This document shows, piece by piece, positions 38,315 through 48,094 of a DNA stretch of 64,000 nucleotides; position 1 is the stretch's first letter, and the number at the start of each line of letters is the position of its first letter. Below the pieces are notes generated by a model. The model did not search any database, was not told the DNA's origin, and saw only the letters and a list, made by a program, of their open reading frames with translations. The translations under genes were made by a program, and so were the position numbers. Location: positions 113 through 64,112 of the forward strand of contig JAUNNJ010000001.1 of the NCBI GenBank assembly GCA_030531495.1, in the 5' to 3' direction. The stretch comes from Bacteroidales bacterium. GTDB taxonomy: Bacteria > Bacteroidota > Bacteroidia > Bacteroidales > Muribaculaceae.

Positions 38315-39688
38315 TTATTCAGCGTCTACGCGGTGCCCAATCATGGTGGCACTGGTGGCTTTTTCCACCACGCACATCACGCGGTCGCCCACTTTGGTAT
38401 CGCCAGCAGGGAATACGATAACCTTATTTTGCTGAGTGCGTCCAAACATGTCGTCTTTCGAACGCTTGCTGTAGCCTTCCACGAGCACTTCAAAGGTCTT
38501 GCCCACATCGTTGCGGTTGCTGCAGAGTGAAAGTTCGTTTTGCAAAGCAATCATTCGGTTGAGGCGGTCGATTTTCACTTCTTCGCTCACATTGTCGGGG
38601 AGGTGCTTCGCCGCGAAGGTGCCAGGGCGCTCGCTGTACTTGAACATAAATGACGAGTCGAATCCCACTTCACGCATCAGCGAGAGGGTTTCTTCAAAGT
38701 CTTCTTCAGTTTCGTCGTGGAAACCTGTGAACATATCGCTTGAGATACCGCAGTCGGGCATAGCTTCGCGGATTTTTGCGATGCGATCGAGATACCATTC
38801 GCGAGTGTATTTGCGGTTCATGAGTTTCAACACCTTGTTGCTGCCGCTTTGCACAGGCAGGTGAATGTGGTTGCAGATATTGTCGTGCGAAGCCATGGTG
38901 GCGATAATCTCGTCGCTCAAGTCTTCTGGGTTGCTGGTGGTGAAGCGTACACGCATTTCAGGAGCAGCCTCGGCCACAAGCGCAAGAAGGGCAGCCATAT
39001 CCACAGGCTCGCCACCGTCGGCAGGCTTGAAGAGATAGCTGTTCACATTTTGGCCAAGCAGAATCACCTCCTTGAAGCCCTTACTCTGCAAATCACGCAA
39101 TTCGTTGAGGATACTTTCTGGCTCACGGCTGCGTTCGCGACCGCGAGTGTAGGGCACGATGCAATAGGTGCAGAAATTATTGCAGCCACGCATGATGCTG
39201 ATGTAGCCACTCACCTTGTTGCCGCTAATGCGTTGTGGAATGATATCGCGGTAGGTTTCGGTAGTGGAAAGGGTGGTCTCAATAGCCTTTTCGCCAGCTT
39301 CAGCGCTGGCTGTGAGGTTGGGCAATTCGAGATATGAGTCAGGGCCAGCCACGATGTCGACATCATAGTCGTTGATAAGCACCTCCTTCAGGCGCTCAGC
39401 CATGCAACCGATGATGCCTACGATGAGGCGGCGCTTGCGATTGCGACGCAAAGCGTTGAGTTGGTTCAGCCGCGAGAAAATCTTCTGTTCGGCATTGTCG
39501 CGAATAGAGCAGGTGTTGATGAAGATGGCATCGGCGGCATCGAGTGTGTCGGTGGTGTCGTATCCTGCCATTTTCATCACCGAAGCCACCACTTCGCTAT
39601 CTGCCACATTCATTTGGCAACCATAGGTTTCGATGAACAATTTCTTAGAAAATTCTCCCTGATTATCGTAACTCAACTTTAAGTCCAT
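38315..39688 (-). CDS. miaB: tRNA-i6A37 methylthiotransferase
   Basis: ETYGCQMNVADSE, NTCSIR, GCNNFCTYC, HLPVQSG, TRAM domain. Confidence 0.97.
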   Translation of the reverse strand: MDLKLSYDNQGEFSKKLFIETYGCQMNVADSEVVASVMKMAGYDTTDTLDAADAIFINTCSIRDNAEQKIFSRLNQLNALRRNRKRRLIVGIIGCMAERLKEVLINDYDVDIVAGPDSYLELPNLTASAEAGEKAIETTLSTTETYRDIIPQRISGNKVSGYISIMRGCNNFCTYCIVPYTRGRERSREPESILNELRDLQSKGFKEVILLGQNVNSYLFKPADGGEPVDMAALLALVAEAAPEMRVRFTTSNPEDLSDEIIATMASHDNICNHIHLPVQSGSNKVLKLMNRKYTREWYLDRIAKIREAMPDCGISSDMFTGFHDETEEDFEETLSLMREVGFDSSFMFKYSERPGTFAAKHLPDNVSEEVKIDRLNRMIALQNELSLCSNRNDVGKTFEVLVEGYSKRSKDDMFGRTQQNKVIVFPAGDTKVGDRVMCVVEKATSATMIGHRVDAE

Positions 39689-39839
39689 ATATCTGATAAT
39701 AAATTGTTTGTCATAAAAATGCGGCATCGCGTCTACGCGTGCAATGCCTTAGCGACTGCAAAATTACTGCTAATTCTCCTAAAAACTAAGTTTTTACCCA
39801 AGAAAATCGCAAATTTCTACTCGACTCAGGGGATGGCGT

Positions 39840-39900
39840 GCAACAAAAAATCGGGTTATTTGTTGCGAAAAATGAAACAAATAAGGTCGGCTTTTGTTGC
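39840..39900. repeat. Two tandem 27-bp palindromes at 34-bp period
   Basis: GCAACAAA-N11-TTTGTTGC (39840-39866) and GAAACAAA-N11-TTTGTTGC (39874-39900). Confidence 0.65.
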
Positions 39901-39921
39901 AAAAGTGGTTTGTGAAGGCCT

Positions 39922-40662
39922 TTATCGCTTGAGTTTGCGGAGAAGGGTTCGGAAGGCGAAGCCGATGTGGCGGAAGGTGGTGGCCGCCGTGCCGTAGTAG
40001 TGGCACATGATGTGGTAGCGCTCCTTGAGCGATGCCTTGTGGTGCTTGTCGGTCAGGCCATCGGTGAGGAAACTCACGATTGGGGAGTCGCCCACATAGG
40101 CGTTGTGGCTTGATTGCTGGAGCACGCGTATGCACCAGTCGTAGTCGGCGCTGAAGCGATAGGCGAGGTCGTATTGTGGAGCGATGTCGCGGCGCGCGGC
40201 GAAAGCCTGGTGGCATACGAGCATACCATGCTTGAAACTATCGGCTGTAAGTACTTCTGGCGCTGTGAGATGGCGCATGCCAATCACCTTGCGCTCAGCA
40301 TTTACCACTTGAGTTTGTCCGTAGATTACGCCCGGATTGCTGTCGGCCACAGCTGCCATGCGTGCAAGCGAATCGGCATTAGCAAAAGCGTCGCCGGCAT
40401 TCATCCAAATCAGGTATTTGCCCTTGGCAAGGCGTATGGCCTTGTTCATGGCGTCGTAGAGTCCGTTGTCGCGTTCGCTCACAATTCTGGTGCCAGCGAT
40501 ATTGGCTTCGTTTACGAGTTGCAGTGTTTGGTCGGTCGACGCGCCATCCACCACTAAATATTCAAAGTCGGTGCACGTTTGCTCCTTCACGCTCTTCAGC
40601 GTGGGGGCAATCACGGTTCCGGCATTCCATGTCACGGTGATAATTGAAAATAAAGGCTCCAT
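39922..40662 (-). CDS. GT2 glycosyltransferase (WcaE-like)
   Basis: FSIITVTWN, VVDGASTD, GLYDAMNKAI, MNAGD, HQA, SADYDW. Confidence 0.92.
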   Translation of the reverse strand: MEPLFSIITVTWNAGTVIAPTLKSVKEQTCTDFEYLVVDGASTDQTLQLVNEANIAGTRIVSERDNGLYDAMNKAIRLAKGKYLIWMNAGDAFANADSLARMAAVADSNPGVIYGQTQVVNAERKVIGMRHLTAPEVLTADSFKHGMLVCHQAFAARRDIAPQYDLAYRFSADYDWCIRVLQQSSHNAYVGDSPIVSFLTDGLTDKHHKASLKERYHIMCHYYGTAATTFRHIGFAFRTLLRKLKR

Positions 40663-40746
40663 AATTTGTCCTAAAATTTGTGCAAAATTAATGATATCTG
40701 CCCGCAGTTGAAAATATTAGTTTAACTATCGGAACAAAGATTGTAA

Positions 40747-42096
40747 TTAGAGTAATGGTGTCATATAAATAGGGAGGTAGCAGACACCATTTTTCTCTGC
40801 ATAATCGGCTGTGTGAATCACATACGGCGTTGCCAGATGATTCTTGTATTTAGTGATGCATTTGTTGAGAGAATTAAGTGTGTAGTTAGTGCCAGACTTC
40901 ACTTCTATAGGAGAAATGTTATGTCTACTTGTAGTGGTGGCTTTGGCAATGAGGAAATCAATCTCCATTTTGTCTTCTTTCTGTGTGGAGTAGTTGGAGA
41001 AGAAATACAGTTTGTGGCCTGCAGCACGAAGCATTTGAGCGACGATGTTTTCTATGAGCATACCCTCGTTGATTTCCAGCTTTCCCATCATGAGTTTCTT
41101 ATATAGACTATCGTCAGCAATGGCTTTTTCATTGAATGCCATACTGATGAGCAGCCCAGTGTCGGCCATATAGCACTTGAGGGCCGATGAATCAAGTTTT
41201 AGTGAAAGTCCGATACTGGGTTCGGTGGCGCCATAGCAATGGTTTGTAACCATAGACTCTTCCAACCAGAAGAATGAAGTTTCATATTCACGCATTCTTC
41301 CCCCTTTTTTCAGTCCACTTAAGCGAAATTTCTTTTCGTGTTTTTGCAGTTGGCTGGGTATATGATCAAAAATGCTTGTCACTTTAGACTCGTAACCTTC
41401 AGCATATTTTTGTATGTCGCTACGGTATAAGCTGATGATGGCACGTTTTACAGTGTCAGTCTTTTCAAAATCGCGAGTTTCTACATATGAAGCTACAGCT
41501 TGCGGCATACCACCCACTATGAGGTATTGCCTAAAAAGTGTCATGGCCTTTCTGTGCATATCATCACCCATTGGTCTTTTTTTCTCAAATTGGAATTTTA
41601 TGAGTTCCCAGATTGAGGTTTCACCAAGTGCCCACAAAAATTCTTCAAAGTCCATAGGATACATTTTTATCCTCACCTCTTCTGAAGGGATTGTGATGTT
41701 TTTTACATTTTTATTGATAGAAACCAGTGAGCCTGTTTCTATGTAATCGAACCGTCCATCTTTCACCAAATATTTAATGGATGCTCTTGCAGGAGGATAG
41801 TTCTGCACCTCGTCAAACACGATGAGCGTTTTGCGGGGCACCAGTTTCACGCCCGTGTATAGGCCAAGATACATAAAAAATGTATCTAAATCGGTTAGGT
41901 AATTCTCAAAAAGTTCAAGAATCTGTTTCTGAACATTGTTGAAGTCAATGAACACGAATGAATCGTATTCATTTTTCGCAAACTCCTCTACTATGAAGCT
42001 CTTGCCGACACGTCGTGCTCCATCTATCAACAAAGCATTTCGGCCTTGATGCTCATTCTTCCATTTTAGTAATAAATCGTAAACCTTTCTTTTCAT
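40747..42096 (-). CDS. AAA+ ATPase with DUF4143 and C-terminal PD-(D/E)xK-like motif
   Basis: GARRVGKS, VFDEVQ, ETGS, YPMDFEEF, VGGMP, YMADTGLL, EIDF...PIEVKSG. Confidence 0.9.
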   Translation of the reverse strand: MKRKVYDLLLKWKNEHQGRNALLIDGARRVGKSFIVEEFAKNEYDSFVFIDFNNVQKQILELFENYLTDLDTFFMYLGLYTGVKLVPRKTLIVFDEVQNYPPARASIKYLVKDGRFDYIETGSLVSINKNVKNITIPSEEVRIKMYPMDFEEFLWALGETSIWELIKFQFEKKRPMGDDMHRKAMTLFRQYLIVGGMPQAVASYVETRDFEKTDTVKRAIISLYRSDIQKYAEGYESKVTSIFDHIPSQLQKHEKKFRLSGLKKGGRMREYETSFFWLEESMVTNHCYGATEPSIGLSLKLDSSALKCYMADTGLLISMAFNEKAIADDSLYKKLMMGKLEINEGMLIENIVAQMLRAAGHKLYFFSNYSTQKEDKMEIDFLIAKATTTSRHNISPIEVKSGTNYTLNSLNKCITKYKNHLATPYVIHTADYAEKNGVCYLPIYMTPLL

Positions 42097-42114
42097 GACG
42101 GTTAAGTGATGGTG

Positions 42115-42201
42115 TTACACCATTCTTGGATTTTTATTTGTGCAAATTTACACATTTCTTGGATTTTTTCAAGCGTGTTTTTACACATTTCTTAGATTTT
42201 T
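42115..42201. repeat. Three 21-bp direct repeats at exact 33-bp period over the ATPase promoter
   Basis: TTACACCATTCTTGGATTTTT (42115), TTACACATTTCTTGGATTTTT (42148), TTACACATTTCTTAGATTTTT (42181). Confidence 0.85.
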
Positions 42202-42316
42202 GCGATTTTTTTTAGAGCGTAAGGTGGAGAAAATAGTGGAATGAGAGCAGAGAAATGCCCGCAGTTGAAAATAATGTTGTATTTTTGTGGGAAATTATGC
42301 GAAAAAGATAAGAATT

Positions 42317-43657
42317 ATGGCATCTAAACTTTGGGAAAAGAATGTGCAGGTCGACCACGATGTGGAAACCTATACCGTGGGTCGCGACCGCGAAATGGAC
42401 CTTTACTTGGCTCGATATGATGTGCTTGGCTCATTGGCCCACATTACCATGCTTCAGACAATCGACCTCCTCACTGCTGATGAACTTGCAGTGCTCACTG
42501 CGGCTCTTCGCGAGATTTATGCAGAGATTGAAGATGGAAAGTTTGTGATTGAAGATGGCATTGAGGACGTGCATTCACAAGTGGAGCTGATGCTCACACG
42601 CCGCCTTGGTGATGTGGGCAAGAAGATTCATTCGGGCCGTTCGCGCAACGATCAGGTTCTCGTCGACCTCCGTCTGTTTATCCGTAGCGAGATTGAAGAT
42701 GTGGTGAAGCATCTCACCGTGCTCTTCCGCACCCTACAGGAGCAAAGCGAACGCTATAAAGATGTGCTAATGCCAGGCTATACCCACTTGCAAGTGGCGA
42801 TGCCCTCGTCGTTCGGCCTTTGGTTTGGTGCCTATGCCGAATCGCTTGCCGACGACCTTGTGGTGCTACGTGCAGCCTATGATGTGAACAATCGCAATCC
42901 ATTGGGCTCTGCGGCAGGCTATGGCTCCTCTTTTCCACTGAATCGCGAACTCACCACCAGCTTGCTCGGCTTTGCGTCGGTCGACTACAATGTGGTGTAT
43001 GCCCAAATGGGACGTGGCAAGACCGAACGCATCGTGGCTGCCGCTATTGCAAACATTGCAGCCACACTGTCGAAACTGGCATTCGACGCCTGCATGTTTA
43101 ATTCGCAGAACTTCGCTTTCATCAAGTTGCCAGATGAATTCACCACAGGCTCATCTATCATGCCACACAAGAAAAATCCTGATGTGTTTGAATTGACTCG
43201 CGCTCGTTGCAACCGCCTCGAAGCGCTGCCATTCCAAATCACGATGGTGACCAACAACCTCCCTGTGGGCTATTTCCGCGACTTGCAGCTCACCAAGGAA
43301 GATTTCCTTCCTGCATTCGACGAAATTAAAGCCATCATCTCGATGGTCAACGCCATGATGAGCCAGGTGAAGGTGAACGAGCATATTCTCGACGATTCGC
43401 GTTACGATTTGATGTTTAGTGTAGAGGAGGTGAATCGCCTCGCAGCCGCTGGTATGCCGTTCCGCGATGCATATAAGAAGGTAGGGCTCGACATTGAAGC
43501 CGGAAAATTCACACCCGTGAAGCAGGTAAACCACACCCACGAAGGCTCTATCGGCAATCTTTGCACCGATCGCATTGCTACGCTCTATGAGAAAACGCTC
43601 GACGCATTCGATTTCGAAACTTATCACCAAGCATTCAGCAAATTGCTTGGACGCTAA
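42317..43657 (+). CDS. argH: Argininosuccinate lyase
   Basis: EDVHS, HSGRSRNDQ, MPGYTHLQ, GSSIMPHKKNPD. Confidence 0.97.
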   Translation: MASKLWEKNVQVDHDVETYTVGRDREMDLYLARYDVLGSLAHITMLQTIDLLTADELAVLTAALREIYAEIEDGKFVIEDGIEDVHSQVELMLTRRLGDVGKKIHSGRSRNDQVLVDLRLFIRSEIEDVVKHLTVLFRTLQEQSERYKDVLMPGYTHLQVAMPSSFGLWFGAYAESLADDLVVLRAAYDVNNRNPLGSAAGYGSSFPLNRELTTSLLGFASVDYNVVYAQMGRGKTERIVAAAIANIAATLSKLAFDACMFNSQNFAFIKLPDEFTTGSSIMPHKKNPDVFELTRARCNRLEALPFQITMVTNNLPVGYFRDLQLTKEDFLPAFDEIKAIISMVNAMMSQVKVNEHILDDSRYDLMFSVEEVNRLAAAGMPFRDAYKKVGLDIEAGKFTPVKQVNHTHEGSIGNLCTDRIATLYEKTLDAFDFETYHQAFSKLLGR

Positions 43658-43671
43658 TATAAATAGTCACT

Positions 43672-44175
43672 ATGCTAAAAAAAATATTGCTAATAACCAT
43701 GCTCCTCGGAGTGCTTGCCAGTTGCAACCGTGTGGACAACAAAGTGATTCCCAGCTACACGGTGCGGCTCGACTTGGGCACTTATGGCGTGTGGAACACC
43801 TATGGCGTGAATGGCGCGGGCGATTATCGCATCTTCAACCGCGACAAGCGATTGCCGGCAAATTTCCCTTATAATGCCAATATGTATACCGGTTTTGGCG
43901 GCGTGTTGCTCATTATGGGCTTTGATGCCTCCACCGCTTCGTATGCGCCTTTGGCATTCGACGCCGCCTGCCCTGTGGAGCGCAGAATAGAATACACCAT
44001 CACGGTTGACCCGTCCAATTTCGAGGCTGTATGTCCGAAGTGCGGTTCTCGCTACAACGTGCTCACTGGCTCTGGTGGCCCGATATCGGGCACAGCACTG
44101 GCACAAAAAGTGGGGCTCTCCACCTACAAATGTAGGCAATCGGTCAACGGCGGATACATTATTACATCGTATTAA
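43672..44175 (+). CDS. Lipoprotein with Rieske-like/Cys-cluster domain
   Basis: Lipobox LASC; GFGGVLL, AFDAACP...CPKCGSRY. Confidence 0.65.
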   Translation: MLKKILLITMLLGVLASCNRVDNKVIPSYTVRLDLGTYGVWNTYGVNGAGDYRIFNRDKRLPANFPYNANMYTGFGGVLLIMGFDASTASYAPLAFDAACPVERRIEYTITVDPSNFEAVCPKCGSRYNVLTGSGGPISGTALAQKVGLSTYKCRQSVNGGYIITSY

Positions 44176-44186
44176 TCGCTAAAAAA

Positions 44187-44217
44187 TTTGCGAAACAAAA
44201 AAAAAGCATTAACTTTG
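44187..44217 (+). promoter_or_regulatory. Consensus Bacteroidota sigma-A promoter of tRNA-Leu
   Basis: TTTG(44187-44190)-N19-TAACTTTG(44210-44217). Confidence 0.8.
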
Positions 44218-44243
44218 CACCGCATTTGTTTACCGCAATAGCT

Positions 44244-44327
44244 GCTCGGATGGTGGAATCGGTAGACACGAGGGACTTAAAATCCCTTGGCCTTTAGGCT
44301 GTGCGGGTTCAAGTCCCGCTCCGAGTA
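44244..44327 (+). tRNA. tRNA-Leu(TAA)
   Basis: Acceptor GCTCGGA/TCCGAGT, anticodon arm AGGGA-CTTAAAA-TCCCT, long variable arm, GGTTCAAGTCC T-arm; CCA not encoded. Confidence 0.97.
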
Positions 44328-44330
44328 CTT

Positions 44331-44363
44331 AAAAAGTCTTGCAGAATTCTGCAAGGCTTTTTT
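44331..44363 (+). terminator. Terminator after tRNA-Leu
   Basis: AAAAAGTCTTGCAG-AATT-CTGCAAGGCTTTTTT. Confidence 0.85.
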
Positions 44364-44620
44364 GTTTTTTGTTTCGCTTCTGTTTTTTATGTTTCTTCTG
44401 TTTCTTCTGTGATAGGGCTCCGGTATGTTTGTGAGGTGGTGGATGGACATAAATGGGCTATATTTTGACCTTATTTTAATACTTTAATTTTTACCTCTAT
44501 TGTAATTTTGCCTGCATATAAGTTGGCCGCTAAAAGAGAATAAAGTGCAAGAAATTTTATGTCTCAACGATGGTGGAAATTTCATATGTAGTTAATCAAC
44601 AATCTTATAAAAATTGCAAT

Positions 44621-45586
44621 ATGCCACAACTAAAACCATACAAGTTTCACCGACTGCTGAAGAGCGTGATTTGGGGCGGTAGCAGTATCGCTAATTTCAA
44701 GAATATTGAATCTGACCAGACTCTCGTGGGAGAGAGTTGGGAACTTTCGGCGGTTGATGGCAACGAGAGTGTGGTGAAGGGCGGCGACGATGATGGCCTC
44801 ACGCTTTCGCAACTCGTAGAACGACATAAGGGCGCACTCGTGGGCGAGAAGGTGTATGAGAAATTTGGCAAACGTTTCCCGCTGCTTATCAAACTTATTG
44901 ATGCCGACCAAGACCTCTCTCTTCAGGTGCATCCCAACGATAAACTCGCACAGGAACGTCACGGATGCTTTGGCAAGACAGAGGCATGGTATGTAATCGA
45001 CCACAAGTCAGGGGCAAAGATTCTGTCGGGGATGAAGTTGCAGAGTTCCCCCGAGGACTACACTCGCCGCGTGAATGACGGTACCATTCTTGATATAGTT
45101 GCGCAGCACGATAGCCATGTGGGCGATGTGTTCTTTTTGCCAGCAGGTCGCATCCATGGCATTGGTGCCGGCAATTTGATTGCTGAGATTCAGCAGACCA
45201 GCGACATCACCTACCGCGTGTATGACTACGACCGTCGCGACGCTAACGGCAACACCCGCGAACTCCATGTGGCGCAAGCACGCGATGCTATCGACTACAC
45301 TGTGTATCCAAGCTATGTGGAGCCACCTCTTGGCGATAAGCCTGGCTTGACCCGATTGGTGGAATGTCCATACTTCACGATGAGTGGTATTATGCTTGAT
45401 AGCGAGGAAACGGTGGCCATGCCAGAGTCGTTCCTCGTGGTGATGTGTGTGAAGGGTGAAGCCGTCATCACAGACAACAACGGAGCCGTGACTCGAATCC
45501 ACCAAGGTGAGACCGTCCTTGTGCCAGCATCGCTCACCACTTTGCGCCTCCAAGGCCACGCCATGCTGATAACAGCCAGCGTATAA
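44621..45586 (+). CDS. manA: Class I mannose-6-phosphate isomerase
   Basis: VIWGG, GESWELS, FPLLIKLIDA, LSLQVHP, GKTEAWY, EIQQTSDITYR. Confidence 0.93.
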   Translation: MPQLKPYKFHRLLKSVIWGGSSIANFKNIESDQTLVGESWELSAVDGNESVVKGGDDDGLTLSQLVERHKGALVGEKVYEKFGKRFPLLIKLIDADQDLSLQVHPNDKLAQERHGCFGKTEAWYVIDHKSGAKILSGMKLQSSPEDYTRRVNDGTILDIVAQHDSHVGDVFFLPAGRIHGIGAGNLIAEIQQTSDITYRVYDYDRRDANGNTRELHVAQARDAIDYTVYPSYVEPPLGDKPGLTRLVECPYFTMSGIMLDSEETVAMPESFLVVMCVKGEAVITDNNGAVTRIHQGETVLVPASLTTLRLQGHAMLITASV

Positions 45587-45672
45587 TGCCTTTTGCCAAA
45601 GGAAAACTTTGTGTATTGAATAATAATGGCGGCCCGATGTGGATCGCCATATTTCTTGATATGTGTGGTGAT

Positions 45673-46761
45673 TTATTTTAGGGCATGGGCCTGGATGACG
45701 GGCTCGAGCACGCGAGCGAAACGCACGAAACCTTTGTCGGTGAAGTGGTAGTTGTCGATGGTGTTGTCGTATTCATCGCCGATGATTTCGTCGCCGTAGA
45801 AGTAGAAAATGTTTTTTTCGCCACGCTTTTCAAGTTGTTCGAAGAGGCTGCGATACACGGCATTCTTTTCGCGAATGGTTTTGCCAACTTCTTGGTCAAG
45901 ACGACAGAGCGGGAATATGGGGCTTTCTACAAACAAAATGGGCACTTCGGGATGCATCTTTCGAAGGATGTCGACAAATGGTATGAGGCGCTCTTTCAAA
46001 ATTTTGGATGTGCAGTTGGGCAGACAGTCGATAATGTACATGCCAGCTTCCACTGCACCCATCACTTCGGCAAACTCGGGGTGAAGTTGTGCGCCGCCGC
46101 TAAAGCCGAAATTGATGATTTCGCGTTGAAGATTGCGCTGCATAATGGCAGTGTGCACCATACCAGGGCGACTTGCGCAACCACCTTCGCCGATGCTGGT
46201 GCTATAGACGATGATAGGGCGTTGGCGCTTGATGATGGATTTGGGCTGTGTGATGGTGGATGCGGAATCCACGCCGATGTAGAGGCTGTCGAGTCCGTCG
46301 TAGAGAGGCAGGAAAAGCATGTATTCGCGTTGCTTTTTCGTCATGTTGCTCATGAGGGTGCGCTGCACGTCGCGCTTGTCGTAGGCTGGTCGCCCCGACT
46401 GCCCAAACTCCCACTTGCCATTGTCGGCAAGCATATATAGGTCCACACCATGGATGCCGGTGTAGGTCATGTGATTCATCTTGAATGTGGTGGAAGTTAC
46501 GAATTTCACGCCAATTTCAGTGGCGTCGCTCGCGAATCGCACCGCCATGCCGGCAGGGCTGTTGCCCCATCGCCAAAGATTGTCGTCGACTTTTGTTTTC
46601 AGAGAGTCGGGCAGGCGCACAAAAGCGTTGCGTTGCTGAGGCTCCACAGGACTTCCCAAGAGCGGGTAGTTGCGGGCATCGAAGTATTTCAGTTCTTTTT
46701 TCTGTGCTATCGCCGAGCAGCAAATCAGTGCAATGGCGAAGGTTGTAATGATTTTCCTCAT
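45673..46761 (-). CDS. Secreted SGNH/GDSL hydrolase with GxDLY N-terminal domain
   Basis: GVDLY, YSTSI..GGCASRPG, NFGFSG, DNYHFTD. Confidence 0.85.
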   Translation of the reverse strand: MRKIITTFAIALICCSAIAQKKELKYFDARNYPLLGSPVEPQQRNAFVRLPDSLKTKVDDNLWRWGNSPAGMAVRFASDATEIGVKFVTSTTFKMNHMTYTGIHGVDLYMLADNGKWEFGQSGRPAYDKRDVQRTLMSNMTKKQREYMLFLPLYDGLDSLYIGVDSASTITQPKSIIKRQRPIIVYSTSIGEGGCASRPGMVHTAIMQRNLQREIINFGFSGGAQLHPEFAEVMGAVEAGMYIIDCLPNCTSKILKERLIPFVDILRKMHPEVPILFVESPIFPLCRLDQEVGKTIREKNAVYRSLFEQLEKRGEKNIFYFYGDEIIGDEYDNTIDNYHFTDKGFVRFARVLEPVIQAHALK

Positions 46762-46871
46762 ATCTTTTTTGTTTTATTCTGCTGCTACAAAGTTACGCAT
46801 TTTATCTGTGTTTTTTCAGTTTTGTTTGCAACAAAGAAGTGCATCTGCGATTTCTGCGTAATTGTGGCTTT

Positions 46872-46885
46872 CGCAATCGTTTGCA
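46872..46885. promoter_or_regulatory. LacI-type operator upstream of galM
   Basis: CGCAATCGTTTGCA; reverse complement matches 50859-50872 at 13/14. Confidence 0.65.
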
Positions 46886-47030
46886 TTGTTTTTTGTGAAA
46901 TAGGCAAAAAAATGTTTTTTCTTGCTCGAATATTATTTGTATATTTGCATAACATGAATAACTCTGCATTTTTATGCTGGTTTATTGTTTCATGAAAGCC
47001 GAAAAATTTTAAAAACTATAATACAAACTC

Positions 47031-48077
47031 ATGAAGATTACAAAATCAGTGGCTTCATCGCCAAGAGGCGAAATCGCCATCTACACCCTTACCAACGCCA
47101 ATGGCGCGTCGGTAGAACTTTCTGCTCTCGGAGCTGGTATCAACTCTGTAGTAGTAGCCGATAAAGACGGTAATATGGAAAATGTGGCACTCGGCTATGC
47201 AAATGCTGCCGACTACATCAGCGACGGTCCTTGCATGGGCAAGATTCCAGGCCGTTACGCCAACCGCATCGCTGCCGGTAAATTCACTCTCGATGGCGTG
47301 GACTATCAGCTTGAAATCAACAATGGCCCTAACGCCCTCCATGGCGGTAGCGAAGGCTTCTTCAACAAAATCTGGGACAGCGAAACCACAGAAAACGGCG
47401 TGGTGTTCTCGCTTGTGAGCCCTGATGGTGAAGCTGGCTATCCTGGTACCCTCAATGTGACCGCAGAATATTCTTGGAACGACGATTGCGAACTTCGTCT
47501 CGAAATCAAGGCGACCACTGATAAGAAGACCGTAATCAACCTCACTAACCACGCTTACTTCAACCTTCGTGGTGAAGGTAGCGGCACAGTGCTCGACCAA
47601 ACTTTGAAACTCAACTGCTCAAAGTATCTCGTGACCGATGAAAACCTTACACCAACTGGCGAAATCGCTCCAGTGGAAGGCACACCAATGGACTTCACCA
47701 CTGCAAAGACACTTGGCGAAGACATTCGCAAGCCTTTCCCTGCACTTGCATATGGCAAGGGCTATGACAACTGCTATGTGATTGACGGCCACAAGGCGGG
47801 CGAAATGGCGCTTGCTGCTGTGCTTGAAGACGAAGTGAGCGGCCGTGTGCTTGAAGTGCTTACCACTCAACCTGCAGTGCAAATCTACACTGGCAACTGG
47901 CTCTCTGGCTGCCCTGCAACCAAGAGCGGCAACCGCACTTATTTCGACTACGATGGTGTGGCTATCGAATGTCAAGGCATGCCAGACGCTCCAAACCACG
48001 ACAACTTCCCAAGCCAAGTGCTTGACAAGGACGAGCAATACGCTCAAACCATCGTATTCCATTTCACTACTAAATAA
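47031..48077 (+). CDS. galM: Aldose 1-epimerase
   Basis: GRYANRI, LHGG, NLTNHAYFNL, GYDNCY, QIYTGN. Confidence 0.95.
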   Translation: MKITKSVASSPRGEIAIYTLTNANGASVELSALGAGINSVVVADKDGNMENVALGYANAADYISDGPCMGKIPGRYANRIAAGKFTLDGVDYQLEINNGPNALHGGSEGFFNKIWDSETTENGVVFSLVSPDGEAGYPGTLNVTAEYSWNDDCELRLEIKATTDKKTVINLTNHAYFNLRGEGSGTVLDQTLKLNCSKYLVTDENLTPTGEIAPVEGTPMDFTTAKTLGEDIRKPFPALAYGKGYDNCYVIDGHKAGEMALAAVLEDEVSGRVLEVLTTQPAVQIYTGNWLSGCPATKSGNRTYFDYDGVAIECQGMPDAPNHDNFPSQVLDKDEQYAQTIVFHFTTK

Positions 48078-48094
48078 TTTAAAAATCAAAAGAT

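Larger units (their letters stand above)
40699..42273. mobile_element. Putative single-gene cassette bounded by perfect 18-bp direct repeats
   Basis: TGCCCGCAGTTGAAAATA at 40699-40716 and 42256-42273, enclosing only the ATPase gene and its upstream region. Confidence 0.55.

Noticed and set aside
42115-42201. Mini-CRISPR interpretation of the periodic repeats
   Set aside because: 12-bp spacers are too short, no cas genes, and the repeats overlap a promoter
44244-44620. tRNA-Leu as an island integration site; TTTGACCTTATTT shared with the rpoN upstream region
   Set aside because: No integrase or duplicated tRNA 3' end seen; a 13-bp AT-rich match alone is not convincing
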